A stretch of 64,000 nucleotides of DNA from Candidatus Multivoradales bacterium (GTDB taxonomy: Bacteria > Acidobacteriota > Thermoanaerobaculia > Multivoradales > Multivoraceae), in contig CBDCWI010000002.1 in the NCBI GenBank assembly GCA_965223325.1, positions 3,008,001-3,072,000 of the forward strand. Reading direction: 5' to 3'. How positions within the stretch are numbered: the first letter of the stretch is position 1; each line of letters starts with the position of its first letter. The notes below the pieces were generated by a model. It searched no databases and was not told where the DNA came from. It saw only the letters and a list, made by a program, of their open reading frames with translations. Shown piece after piece: positions 1 through 10,298 of the stretch. The position numbers and the translations under genes were made by a program.

Positions 1-1065
1 GCCCGAGCGCCGCGCGACCGCCGCCGGCAGCGGATAGGGCAGGAGGTTGAAAAGCAGACCGACAATTGCCACCGGAAACAAAACACCGAGGATCAGCAAG
101 TTCTGCAGAATCCAACGCGCCGATGCCAACAGCCGATAACGCGCGGTGACCACGTCGTGCGACAGGCCATGCTCATCGAGCGCCTCAGAGTAGTCGTCGA
201 GGGCTGACACCACGGCCTCTGTCTCTTTCGGTGTCTGCTCGAGGAGGCGTGGGTAGAGATCGTCGAGCGCCCGCTCGAGTGCAAACCGCTCTTTCAGATC
301 GTCATCGTCGCTGTAGTGATCGGCCTCCAGGAGGCCCGCAGTGAGCGCCATCAGCTTCTGACGCGCTGGCCCCTCGTCCTCGAGTACCGATGCAGCCTGC
401 CGGAAGCGGGCCGCGGTACGCCAGGTCGGGTAGTTGAGCGTGAGGTCCCGCAGTGAGTCATCGAGGCGCTGGTTGAGGCCATAGACCACCTCCGCGGCGG
501 TCGAGGGTTCTTCGCCCGGTCGCACTGCCGGCATGGACTCGCCAACCACCAAGAGGACGCGCGACCGGAAACTGTACTTGTCGTCAAACAGAATCCCCAC
601 CGGCTGGAGCCGCACCGCGAGCGGGCCGAACCGTTCTTCGGCACCGAGAACGATGCGTGCCGCGCCGGTTCGCAGTGGCTGGAGCTCCGGCTCGTCGTGG
701 CTGATGCCCTCCGGAAAGAGCGCGACGACTTCCCCCTTCGCCAGTGCCTGACGGCAGGCGTCGAGGGTCTCTTCGTTGCGACCGGTGTCTTCACCGTCGA
801 TCCGTCGATAGGCCGGCAGGACCCCGGCAAGATCGAGCAGCCAGGCGAGGTGCGGCAGATCCCAGAGCGTGCTCTTGCCGAGCATGTGCGGCGGACGCGG
901 AAGGAGCGCCCACAGGAGGAGCGGATCGACCAGACCGTTGATGTGGTTCGCGACCGTAACCACCGGCCCGCTCTGTACCAGACGGTGGCGACCGATGACT
1001 TCGACTTCACGAAAGAAGAAGGCCACCATCAGCCGAGCCACACGCTGCAGAAGTCGGGGCACCAT
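1..1065 (-). CDS. Lysophospholipid/glycerol-3-phosphate acyltransferase family protein (3' end runs off the window)
   Basis: Not in the ORF track because it lacks a stop in the window. Manual translation from ATG 1065: MVPRLLQRVARLMVAFFFREVEV...VANHINGLVDP (HX4D-like) ...FPEGISHDEPELQPLRTGAARI, typical LPLAT motifs. Confidence 0.85.
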   Translation of the reverse strand, partial: MVPRLLQRVARLMVAFFFREVEVIGRHRLVQSGPVVTVANHINGLVDPLLLWALLPRPPHMLGKSTLWDLPHLAWLLDLAGVLPAYRRIDGEDTGRNEETLDACRQALAKGEVVALFPEGISHDEPELQPLRTGAARIVLGAEERFGPLAVRLQPVGILFDDKYSFRSRVLLVVGESMPAVRPGEEPSTAAEVVYGLNQRLDDSLRDLTLNYPTWRTAARFRQAASVLEDEGPARQKLMALTAGLLEADHYSDDDDLKERFALERALDDLYPRLLEQTPKETEAVVSALDDYSEALDEHGLSHDVVTARYRLLASARWILQNLLILGVLFPVAIVGLLFNLLPYPLPAAVARRSG

Positions 1066-1138
1066 CGCCGCACGAGTCTGACCGATGGCTGCCCACCGGG
1101 ACAATCCGTCGTTCGAGCGCTCGACGAGGCCCGCGATC

Positions 1139-1867
1139 CTAGAAGCTCAGACCCACGCTCACCCCGCCCCAGAAGTCCACTGGCTGTTCGACCAGCACAT
1201 CGTCGTCGAGCGAATCCGAGTAGGCAACGAGCGTTCCGAAGCGCCACCGCTCCCCCCCGTAATCGAACGCCAGGCTGAGATTGCCGTCGTGGAGGCCCGC
1301 GTCGAGACCGCCGGAGAACCCCGCAAACTTCTCGCCGGCCAGCCCCGCCGTCGCCGCCAGAGTCCACGACCAGGTTGGCGAGAGATCGCCGCCGTACTCG
1401 ACTCCAAAGTTGGCGTAGTAGTCGTCGATGACTTCGAAGTCGTAGTAGACGGTTACAGTCGGTGAAAGAAGTGTCTCGAGGCCCAGCGTCAGGTAGACCT
1501 CACGGGTGCTGGCGCCGAACCCACCCGGAAAGAGATACTCGATGAAGCCCAGTTCCCAGTTCAGGGTGTCGTTGCCAGAGCCGTAGGCGAGGATGAAATC
1601 GACCTCGTTGAATTCTCCCGAGTACCCGTTGGCATCGCCCAGATCCATGTTGCCCCACACCGAAAGGGAAAAGCCGCCCGCATGGGCCACCGTGATCACG
1701 GGTTGCAGGACTGGGTCGTCGGTCACCGTAACGCCGCGCAGAACGTAGTGTGAAAAGACCGAGGCGTCATAGCTCACCTCGACGCCCTCGGCAGACATGG
1801 AAGGCGCGGCAAACAAGAGGCTGAAGACGAGAGCTGCTGCTGCAGCGGCGACGCGGTGAAGAGACAT
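1139..1867 (-). CDS. TorF/Gcw_chp-type putative outer-membrane porin
   Basis: Signal peptide (MSLHRVAAAAAALVFSLLFAAPSMSA), S-x-Y-x-x-RG...PVLQ start, ExD motif (EFNEVD), amphipathic beta strands, terminal Phe; GGAG upstream of ATG 1867. Confidence 0.75.
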   Translation of the reverse strand: MSLHRVAAAAAALVFSLLFAAPSMSAEGVEVSYDASVFSHYVLRGVTVTDDPVLQPVITVAHAGGFSLSVWGNMDLGDANGYSGEFNEVDFILAYGSGNDTLNWELGFIEYLFPGGFGASTREVYLTLGLETLLSPTVTVYYDFEVIDDYYANFGVEYGGDLSPTWSWTLAATAGLAGEKFAGFSGGLDAGLHDGNLSLAFDYGGERWRFGTLVAYSDSLDDDVLVEQPVDFWGGVSVGLSF

Positions 1868-1913
1868 CGAACACTCCGGGGTCATGAGTTGGGAGATCGC
1901 TACCCAGCACTTC

Positions 1914-1928
1914 GCAAGGTCGATGCCA
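1914..1928 (-). promoter_or_regulatory. Sigma-54 (-24/-12) promoter of the porin gene
   Basis: Minus strand TGGCAT-CGACC-TTGC, close to TGGCAC-N5-TTGC, about 47 nt upstream of the start. Confidence 0.75.
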
Positions 1929-1993
1929 CCTTTGCTTCCACCCTGAGTCCGCACCGACGGTGGGCCTCATCAAACGGCCCTACGTCGACCCGA

Positions 1994-2039
1994 CCACGAA
2001 ATCGTCACTCGTACCGCGACCCCTTCGACGAATCTGTCG
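1994..2039. promoter_or_regulatory. Candidate upstream activator sites (pair) for the porin promoter
   Basis: CGACG-AATC-TGTCG (2026-2039) and the weaker CCACG-AAAT-CGTCA (1994-2007); same motif as upstream of glnA. Confidence 0.55.
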
Positions 2040-2061
2040 GGCAAGGTGATCTGTCAGGGGC

Positions 2062-3627
2062 TTAGGAGTAACGACGCGGGTCGACGCCGTGGTTCTTCAC
2101 CTTGTAGCTGATGATGCGCTGAGTCGTACCGAGGGCACGAGCAGCAGCAGCCATGTTGCCGCGGGTGCTCTTTAGCGCATCACAGATCAAGTCGCGCTCG
2201 TAGGCATCGACGCGCGACTTGAGATCGCCGCGGTTGGTGGTTCCCGAGGCTTCGGCCGTCTGTAGTGTGGGTGGTAGGTGGTAGGGGTGAATCACGTCAC
2301 CTTCGGCAACCAGCACCGCCCGCTCGATGCAACTCTCGAGCTCGCGCACGTTGCCGGGCCAGTGGTAGGCCATCAGCATGTCGATGACGCCGCTCGAAAG
2401 GCGCCGCACGTTCTTCTTGTTGGCGCTGGCATAGCGCTCGAGGAAGAAGTCGGCCAACAGCACGATGTCGCTCTTGCGCTTCTTGAGTGCCGGCACATGT
2501 AACGGAAAGACGTTCAACCGGTAGAAGAGGTCTTCTCGGAAGGTGCCTTGCTCGACCAGGGTCGGCAGGTCGCGGTTGGTGGCAGCGACCAGACGTACGT
2601 CGACTTTGATGGTCTTCGAGCCTCCGATGCGTTCGAACTCGCGCTCCTGGAGGACCCGCAGCAGCTTGATCTGAATCGTCGGCGGAATGTCGCCGATCTC
2701 ATCGAGAAAGAGCGTGCCTCGGTGCGCCAACTCGAAGCGACCCTTGCGCTCAGAAACTGCACCTGTAAAGGCGCCACGATCGTGGCCGAAGAGCTCACTT
2801 TCGATGACGTTCTCCGGCAACGCGGCACAGTGGACCTTGACGAAGGGCTGGTCGGCGCGATCCGAGTTGTAGTGGATCGCCTGCGCAACGAGCTCTTTGC
2901 CGGTCCCGGTATCGCCGAGCACCAGCACGCTCGCGGTGCTCTTGGAAACGGCGGCAATCTGGTCGTAGACCTCTTGCATCTCGTGCGAGTTGCCAACGAT
3001 GTTCGACGGCCGAAAGCGGTCTTTGAGCTGCGCTCGTAGGCGTTGGTTCTCGACCTCCAGACGCTCGGTCTCCTCCGCCGCCTCACGACGCAACCGCGCC
3101 GCCTGCGCGACCATCGATCCCACGATGGTCAACAAGCGAACGTCTTCGTCGAGATCATGGTGAGGGTCGTAGCGCCTGTCGACCGACAGGGCGCCGAAGA
3201 CCTCTTCTCCGGCGAGAATCGGGACGCACAAAAACGACGTCTCGGCGCTGCGCCCGCGGCGCGAGCGGTCCAGGAAGATGGGCGACTCGCTGGTCTTGGG
3301 AATGACCGCTGGTTCGCCAGTCTCGACGACCTTGCCGGTGACGCCTTCGCCGAGCCGGTAGGAGACCCGGCCGACGTCGTCGAGACCATGCGAGACGTCG
3401 ACCGAGATGTCGCCGGTCTCACGATTGAGCAGGGTGACGGTGCCGTGTTCGAGGCCGAGGTGCTCGGCGAGCGCCTCGAGGACTGGCGGCACGACCTGCT
3501 GCAGGTCAAGCGACCGGTCGAGCATGCGCGCCACCTGGTTGAGAAGCCGCAGCTCCTGAATCGAACGCCCGCCCTCGCGCTGTGCACTCTCTTCGGGGTG
3601 GGGTTTGTCCGGTTGCGCCTGATGCAT
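2062..3627 (-). CDS. NifA-like sigma-54-dependent activator (GAF + AAA+ + HTH)
   Basis: GAF region (YRLGEGVTGKV...SFLCVPI...GALSVD), Walker A GDTGTGKE, ELFGHDRGAFTGA, Walker B LFLDEIG, WPGNVREL, Fis-type HTH. ATG 3627 avoids overlap with glnA. Confidence 0.92.
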   Translation of the reverse strand: MHQAQPDKPHPEESAQREGGRSIQELRLLNQVARMLDRSLDLQQVVPPVLEALAEHLGLEHGTVTLLNRETGDISVDVSHGLDDVGRVSYRLGEGVTGKVVETGEPAVIPKTSESPIFLDRSRRGRSAETSFLCVPILAGEEVFGALSVDRRYDPHHDLDEDVRLLTIVGSMVAQAARLRREAAEETERLEVENQRLRAQLKDRFRPSNIVGNSHEMQEVYDQIAAVSKSTASVLVLGDTGTGKELVAQAIHYNSDRADQPFVKVHCAALPENVIESELFGHDRGAFTGAVSERKGRFELAHRGTLFLDEIGDIPPTIQIKLLRVLQEREFERIGGSKTIKVDVRLVAATNRDLPTLVEQGTFREDLFYRLNVFPLHVPALKKRKSDIVLLADFFLERYASANKKNVRRLSSGVIDMLMAYHWPGNVRELESCIERAVLVAEGDVIHPYHLPPTLQTAEASGTTNRGDLKSRVDAYERDLICDALKSTRGNMAAAARALGTTQRIISYKVKNHGVDPRRYS

Positions 3628-3670
3628 GGTTCTCGGCGGTTTGCGCGCTTGGCGCACTGTCAAGGAAAGG

Positions 3671-3700
3671 CCTGGGCGGCGGGCTCTGCCACCGCCCAGG
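3671..3700 (-). terminator. Hairpin between glnA and the activator gene (weak terminator or mRNA stabiliser)
   Basis: CCTGGGCGG...CCGCCCAGG 9-bp inverted repeat just after the glnA stop; only a short U-run follows. Confidence 0.4.
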
Positions 3701-3712
3701 AGTAGCGACTCT

Positions 3713-5125
<1,413 letters not shown>

Positions 5126-5259
5126 ATGTTGGGTTCCCTCCCAGGAATTCAGGCGACGCGGCGCAGAACCTCCAGAACCCGGCCGCCGGTCGGCTGGAGC
5201 GCTCTGCGGTTCTACACACTTGCGACGGTTTTGTCGTCAATATTCAGTCGCTTCGAAGA

Positions 5260-5274
5260 GCAACTGGCGTGCCA
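5260..5274 (-). promoter_or_regulatory. Sigma-54 (-24/-12) promoter of glnA
   Basis: Minus strand TGGCAC-GCCAG-TTGC, a perfect core consensus, ~135 nt upstream of glnA and next to a sigma-54 activator gene. Confidence 0.85.
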
Positions 5275-5355
5275 CCTGAGCCCAAGGCCCCTGGAGGCGT
5301 CCCAAAGCTCCCGGTTCACATGAGTTCCCGGGACCGAGCGACCGCCCGGCGATGA

Positions 5356-5517
5356 CGCCGACAATGTCGAGAGGTTGTCGTGATTCTACAAAAATGTCGA
5401 GGGGTCGCAGACTCGCTCCGACCTTCCCGAGATCGACACGTAGCCCTTACTCCTGCAAGCACTTAGGAAGAGTCGACAAAACTGTAGGGCGCCCAGCTCG
5501 TTTCGACGAAATTGTCG
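5356..5517. promoter_or_regulatory. Candidate enhancer (UAS) array upstream of glnA: two pairs of 14-bp palindromes
   Basis: CGCCG-ACAA-TGTCG (5356), CTACA-AAAA-TGTCG (5386), CGACA-AAAC-TGTAG (5474), CGACG-AAAT-TGTCG (5504); 30-bp spacing within each pair. Confidence 0.65.
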
Positions 5518-5570
5518 ATCAGGTCTCGATGGAGCGCCCACCGCCTCGTCACGCTCTCGTAGCTTTTGGG

Positions 5571-6533
5571 TCAGAGCCCGTAGTAGTCGCGAAACCAGTC
5601 GACGAAGCGCGGAATCCCGACGTCGATGTGGGTCGTGGGTGCGTAGTCGAGCATCTTGCCGGCATGCTCGAGATCCGATGCCGTCTGACGGACGTCACCG
5701 GGTTGCATGGGCAGGAACTCTTTCTCGGCCTCGGCACCGACGGCCTTCTCAATGCAACCGATGAAGTCCATCAACTCCTCGGTCTTGCCGCCGCCGAGGT
5801 TGATGACCGTCGACTGGTGGTTGCGGTCGATCGCGGCGACGACCCCGGTCACGATGTCGTCGATGTAGGTGAAGTCACGACGCATCTTGCCGTGACCGAA
5901 GACCTTGATCGGCTCACCGCGGAGAATGGCGTCGGTGAACAAGAAGAGAGCCATGTCAGGCCGGCCCCAGGGTCCATAGACGGTAAAGAAGCGCAGGCCC
6001 GTGGTGGGCAGACCGTGGAGGTGGCTGTAGACCGAAGCCTGGAGCTCGTTGGCCTTCTTGGTCATCCCGTAGAGGGACACCTGGGCATCTGTGTTGCTCT
6101 TTTCGCTGAGCAAGGCGTCGGCATTGTCGCCATAGACCGAGCTGCTCGAGGCGTAGATGAGGCCCCCGACGCCGCGCTGGTGGCACTGCTCGATGATCAG
6201 ATGAAACCCCTGGAGGTTGTCGCGCACAAAGGTGTCGGGATTGCGCAACGAGTGGCGTACTCCGGCCTGGGCCGCGAGATGACACACCCGAGTCTCCGGC
6301 CCGCTACCGAGCGCCTCGAAGGCCTCGCCCAAAACTGCGGGATCGGTGATTGCCCCACGGATCATCTCCAGACCGGCGTGCTGGGCCAGAATCTCGAAGC
6401 GTCGCTCTTTGAGCTTCGGGTCGTAGTAGTCGTTGAAGTTGTCGAGGCCGACGACCGAATCGCCGCGCTCGAGCAACCGCTGTGCGGTATGGAACCCAAT
6501 GAACCCGGCCGCGCCGGTAACCAACACCTTCAT
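5571..6533 (-). CDS. NAD-dependent epimerase, UDP-glucuronate 4-epimerase-like
   Basis: TGAAGFIG, DNFNDYYDPKLK, HLAAQAGVR, ASSSSVYG, YxxxK (YGMTK), RFFTVYGPWGRPDMA. Confidence 0.92.
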   Translation of the reverse strand: MKVLVTGAAGFIGFHTAQRLLERGDSVVGLDNFNDYYDPKLKERRFEILAQHAGLEMIRGAITDPAVLGEAFEALGSGPETRVCHLAAQAGVRHSLRNPDTFVRDNLQGFHLIIEQCHQRGVGGLIYASSSSVYGDNADALLSEKSNTDAQVSLYGMTKKANELQASVYSHLHGLPTTGLRFFTVYGPWGRPDMALFLFTDAILRGEPIKVFGHGKMRRDFTYIDDIVTGVVAAIDRNHQSTVINLGGGKTEELMDFIGCIEKAVGAEAEKEFLPMQPGDVRQTASDLEHAGKMLDYAPTTHIDVGIPRFVDWFRDYYGL

Positions 6534-6539
6534 CGCTCT

Positions 6540-9500
6540 CTACTCCTCCCGCCACTCTTCGGCGAGTGCTGACACCGGCTCACAAACCAGACGTTCGATC
6601 GCAATCTCATCCAGCCGATCTTCGCGGAAAACGGGCTCGGTTTCCATTACCGCATCGCGCAACGACGCGTAGCGGTGGCGATAACCCTCTAGTGCACGCC
6701 GCAGGACATCACGCGACACGCTCTCGCGGTAGCGCACGTGCATAAGGACCAGGCCAACGGAACGCTGGCCTTCGATCTCGGGCACGATCAGAACCGACCT
6801 TCCGTCACTGCGACCGAGGGCTGCGAGCACCCGCCGCTCCGTCGCCACCCGACGCTTGGTACCGCGCAAGAGGGGGTCACGCTCGACGCGCGAGGGAATC
6901 TCTGCGGCGATCCCCAGTCGCGAAAGAACAACGGTCTCGCAGGCGTCGTCTTCGGGATCACCCTTCAGCCGATAGTGGGTCGACCCCGTGACCTCTTCGA
7001 CCAACGGATCGAGCGCCGCAAGCGTGCGCAGCTCGGCGTACGACAGTCGGTCGCGCAGGGCACCGGCCTCGATCACGCTCGCCACCAGCGGCACCGTCAG
7101 AAGACCTTCCTCCGACCGCGAGATCCCCACGGTCACCGTCTTGGCCTGATGTTTGATCGCATCGACCGGACGCGTGAGCTCGTCGATCCCGCGGGTCAAG
7201 GCTTCGACGAGAGCTTCGACCAGAGCGCTCGGCGTATCGGTGGTGCCGCCGACGAGAGCGAAAGCCTCGAGCGGTAGGCGGCCGAGGGCGCCATGAAGGG
7301 CGGTCGAAATGCGCCCGGCGGTCGACGCCTCTAAGTGACCGTTATGACGGCCGGCAGCCAGCGATGCGAAGAAGCTCGCCGCTGGTCCTTCGATCTCCGC
7401 GGCCAGGCGCTCGAGCAGATCGTCGCTCGTGCTCACCGTGCTGGTCGTGCGTTCGATGCCCTCTCGCATCGTGCGCAGCGGCTGCGCCAGGCGATCGATC
7501 GCCAGCGCCGCGTGGTAGCCGAACAAATGACCGGCCATCACCGCCAACACGAAGTCGAGCGCCGGATGAACGCGCGGCACGAGGATCTTGTGCGGTAGCC
7601 CCTGCCAGCGTTCGTCGCCCTCGGATGCAATGACCACCGGTAGAGCCTTGTGGGCCCGGTAGATCGCAACCTCTTTGGCGACGTCGTCGGCATTCGAGCC
7701 GGAAAGACCCGCCCCGCACACCAGAATCAAAGGCTCAGACGAAAGATCGATGTGCTTCTTGTCTTCGGTTACGTCACAGGCGATCGACTTGTAGCAGAGC
7801 TCGGACAGCTTGATGCGAATCTCTTCGGCCGCCACTACGTTCCAGCCGTTCCCGACCAGAGCCCAGTATCGACGGGGCGGAGCAACCGCTTCGGCAATTC
7901 GAGCGATCTCTGGACCGAGGCTCAGGCAGCGTCTGAGGGCATCGGGCATGGCGATGAGACCCTCGAGCAGCTCTGCGGTGAGTCCCTCCTGGCGAACGCC
8001 GGCGGAGTCGCCATCCCGGCCACACACTTCTGCAATCGCAACCGCGAGGAGAAACCCCGCCGCGATCTGGGAGTAGAACGCCTTGGTCGACGCCACACTC
8101 ATTTCGACGTCGCGACCGTCGGAGGTATAGAGCACCCCGTCGGACTTGTCGGTCAGGTCGCTGTGCCTTCGGTTGACGATCGAAACCACGACGGCACCGC
8201 GGCCGCGCACGAGATCGACGGTGCGATTCGTATCCGTCGTCGTGCCCGACTGGCTGATTGCAACGACCAGGGTGTCCGACATATCGGCTTTGAGGCCGAA
8301 GCCCGACAGCTCGGTCGCCGGTAGCGCTTCGACTGACACATCAGCCGGCAGCAACTCTCCGAATGCGCGAGCCACCCCACTTCCCGCGACCGCGGCGGTC
8401 CCCTGCCCGATGACGAAGACGCGCCGGATCGCACCAGCGCCGAGGCGCTCAACGAGCGCCGGCGAGAGGGCCGACTCCCGAAGCGCAACTGCAAGTGAGC
8501 CGTCGGCTTCGCGATGCAACCGGCCGCGCAGAGTCTTCTCGAAAGAGTCCGGCGACTCGTGAATCTCTTTGACCAGAAAGTGCGCGTGGTCACCACGGTC
8601 AATGTCACGCGTGGTGATCTCGAGTTCGCGCACTTCATCGGCGGAAACCGGTAGCTCGCGACCGTCGTACGACCAGCGCTGGACCCCGCCAAGCGTGCCT
8701 GCCGCCGAAGCGCGAAGCTCCATGACCTGTCCACGACTGGCAGCAGGATTGGTGGGATCGGCCGGGGTCTCGCCATCGAGGCGTAGGTACGACGCCGTCT
8801 GCTCGACCAGGCCATAAGGTTCGCTGGCGACCAGGAAGGCGCCTTCCCCCAAACCGACGTAGAGAGCCTGCCCACTTCCCCGCAGGGCGAGCTGCAAACA
8901 GTCCGGCTCGTCTGCGCTGGCCCCGGCGATCGCGACCGAGCCTTCGAAGCGGGCGACGGTGTCGAGGAAGGCGTCGCCGTCCCCGGACCCTCGTTCGGCC
9001 AGCCGTTGCCAGACCACCGGAATCACCTTGGCGTCGTTGGTGATTTCCGGCGCGATCTCGAGCCCGTGGTCCGCAATCAGGGCCAAATGGTTGTCGACGT
9101 CACCGTTGAGCACCGCCATGCGCGCCCCGCCGTGCGCGCGACCCTGTTCGAGCGCGTCGGCCGGGTGAGCGTTGGGTTGGTTGATCAATCCCACGCTGGC
9201 CCAGCGCGTGTGCGACAAAACGCGCACTTCGGCATCCTTCGAAAGAGCCTGGCGCAGCAACTCGTCACCCATGATCGAGGCGCGGATCTGGGCAACGTTG
9301 TCGCCGAGCTCACCGATTTCGGCGGCGGTCTTGTAGACGAACACCAGCTGGCCGTTGGCTACCCGCACGGCTCCGTCACGCAAGAGTGGATCGCCGCGCT
9401 CGGTCAACGCCTGCGCGGTCTCCGGCGATTCGAGATCAACACCCGGATGCTCGACGAAGATCGCAATGCCGGCGGAATCGCGCCCGCGAACTTCCAGGCG

Positions 9501-10004
9501 ATCGATGGCGCGCAGAACCTGGCTCACGGCTCCCAGAGCATCGAGCACCCGCACATCACGAGAGCCTGCGGCCAGCGCTCGTACCCCGCGTGCCGCCTCG
9601 ACCCGATCGCGCTCGATCGACCAGGCCGCATCGCGGAGTCGGCGGATGGACGCCAGGACTCGGCGCACACCGGGTTTGGTGGTCTCTAGCCGAACCGCCT
9701 CGGCCTCGAGTCGGAGAAGAGACTCATGGTGCCCACCGGCAAATCCGGCAACTCGCGCCGCCCAATCCTCGTCCACCGCCAGGCGGAGCGCCTCGACCCG
9801 TCCGCGGAGCTGCTCGTCGACCTCTTCGAAGCGGATGGCACAGGCCTCGAGAGCCTCTACGACCCGATCCGTCGACTCTCGCTCGAGGTTCCAAACCAGC
9901 TCATCGGACGCAATCTCGGGCAAGGCGATCGCGGCCTCGGCCAGCGCCTGGTCCATCGCCGAGCGCGCGAGAGGTTGTCGGACAAGAGCAACGATTCCAC
10001 ACAC
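6540..10004 (-). CDS. Enlarged glutamine--fructose-6-phosphate aminotransferase (GlmS-like, 1154 aa)
   Basis: GTG 10004 gives MCGI (N-terminal nucleophile Cys); LEVRGRDSAG, HTRWA, NGDVDN, SIS motifs ISQSGTTTDT and SVASTKAF, AKTVTV lysine loop. Confidence 0.85.
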   Translation of the reverse strand: MCGIVALVRQPLARSAMDQALAEAAIALPEIASDELVWNLERESTDRVVEALEACAIRFEEVDEQLRGRVEALRLAVDEDWAARVAGFAGGHHESLLRLEAEAVRLETTKPGVRRVLASIRRLRDAAWSIERDRVEAARGVRALAAGSRDVRVLDALGAVSQVLRAIDRLEVRGRDSAGIAIFVEHPGVDLESPETAQALTERGDPLLRDGAVRVANGQLVFVYKTAAEIGELGDNVAQIRASIMGDELLRQALSKDAEVRVLSHTRWASVGLINQPNAHPADALEQGRAHGGARMAVLNGDVDNHLALIADHGLEIAPEITNDAKVIPVVWQRLAERGSGDGDAFLDTVARFEGSVAIAGASADEPDCLQLALRGSGQALYVGLGEGAFLVASEPYGLVEQTASYLRLDGETPADPTNPAASRGQVMELRASAAGTLGGVQRWSYDGRELPVSADEVRELEITTRDIDRGDHAHFLVKEIHESPDSFEKTLRGRLHREADGSLAVALRESALSPALVERLGAGAIRRVFVIGQGTAAVAGSGVARAFGELLPADVSVEALPATELSGFGLKADMSDTLVVAISQSGTTTDTNRTVDLVRGRGAVVVSIVNRRHSDLTDKSDGVLYTSDGRDVEMSVASTKAFYSQIAAGFLLAVAIAEVCGRDGDSAGVRQEGLTAELLEGLIAMPDALRRCLSLGPEIARIAEAVAPPRRYWALVGNGWNVVAAEEIRIKLSELCYKSIACDVTEDKKHIDLSSEPLILVCGAGLSGSNADDVAKEVAIYRAHKALPVVIASEGDERWQGLPHKILVPRVHPALDFVLAVMAGHLFGYHAALAIDRLAQPLRTMREGIERTTSTVSTSDDLLERLAAEIEGPAASFFASLAAGRHNGHLEASTAGRISTALHGALGRLPLEAFALVGGTTDTPSALVEALVEALTRGIDELTRPVDAIKHQAKTVTVGISRSEEGLLTVPLVASVIEAGALRDRLSYAELRTLAALDPLVEEVTGSTHYRLKGDPEDDACETVVLSRLGIAAEIPSRVERDPLLRGTKRRVATERRVLAALGRSDGRSVLIVPEIEGQRSVGLVLMHVRYRESVSRDVLRRALEGYRHRYASLRDAVMETEPVFREDRLDEIAIERLVCEPVSALAEEWREE

Positions 10005-10039
10005 GAGAGATCTAGGTTCCTGGAGGAGGGATGTTCCGT

Positions 10040-10071
10040 TGGCGAGGTGGCGAGGTGGCGAGGTGGCGAAG
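10040..10071. repeat. 8-bp tandem repeat (TGGCGAGG) x4 upstream of the GlmS-like gene
   Basis: tggcgagg tggcgagg tggcgagg tggcgaag. Confidence 0.8.
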
Positions 10072-10298
10072 TAGCGAGCACGAGTGCGAGCGTGGCCCGG
10101 GGACCGCAGGCGTAGCGCCAAGACCACAGTCGGCGGCCGAGTCTATGGGCTGAGCGAGCAAACAGGGTCATTTCGGAACGCCCACAGCGCGCCAATGGCC
10201 CTTCGTTCTACCTACGAGAGGTCCCTGAGACGTCTGAGGACACCTCACTCACACGATGCAAACTCAAAGCAAGATTCACGCCCGCCCACGAAGTCCCT

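Noticed and set aside
2062-3627. Calling the activator nifA as evidence of nitrogen fixation
   Set aside because: No nif genes in the window; the domain architecture alone does not imply nitrogen fixation.
5126-5259. Glutamine (glnA) riboswitch
   Set aside because: Conserved CGUU...GGAAGUA...GAAGGAACG elements not found; only a generic hairpin.
10005-10298. glmS ribozyme upstream of the GlmS-like gene
   Set aside because: AGCGCC occurs only on the wrong strand, and the GACGAGG core is absent on the coding strand.
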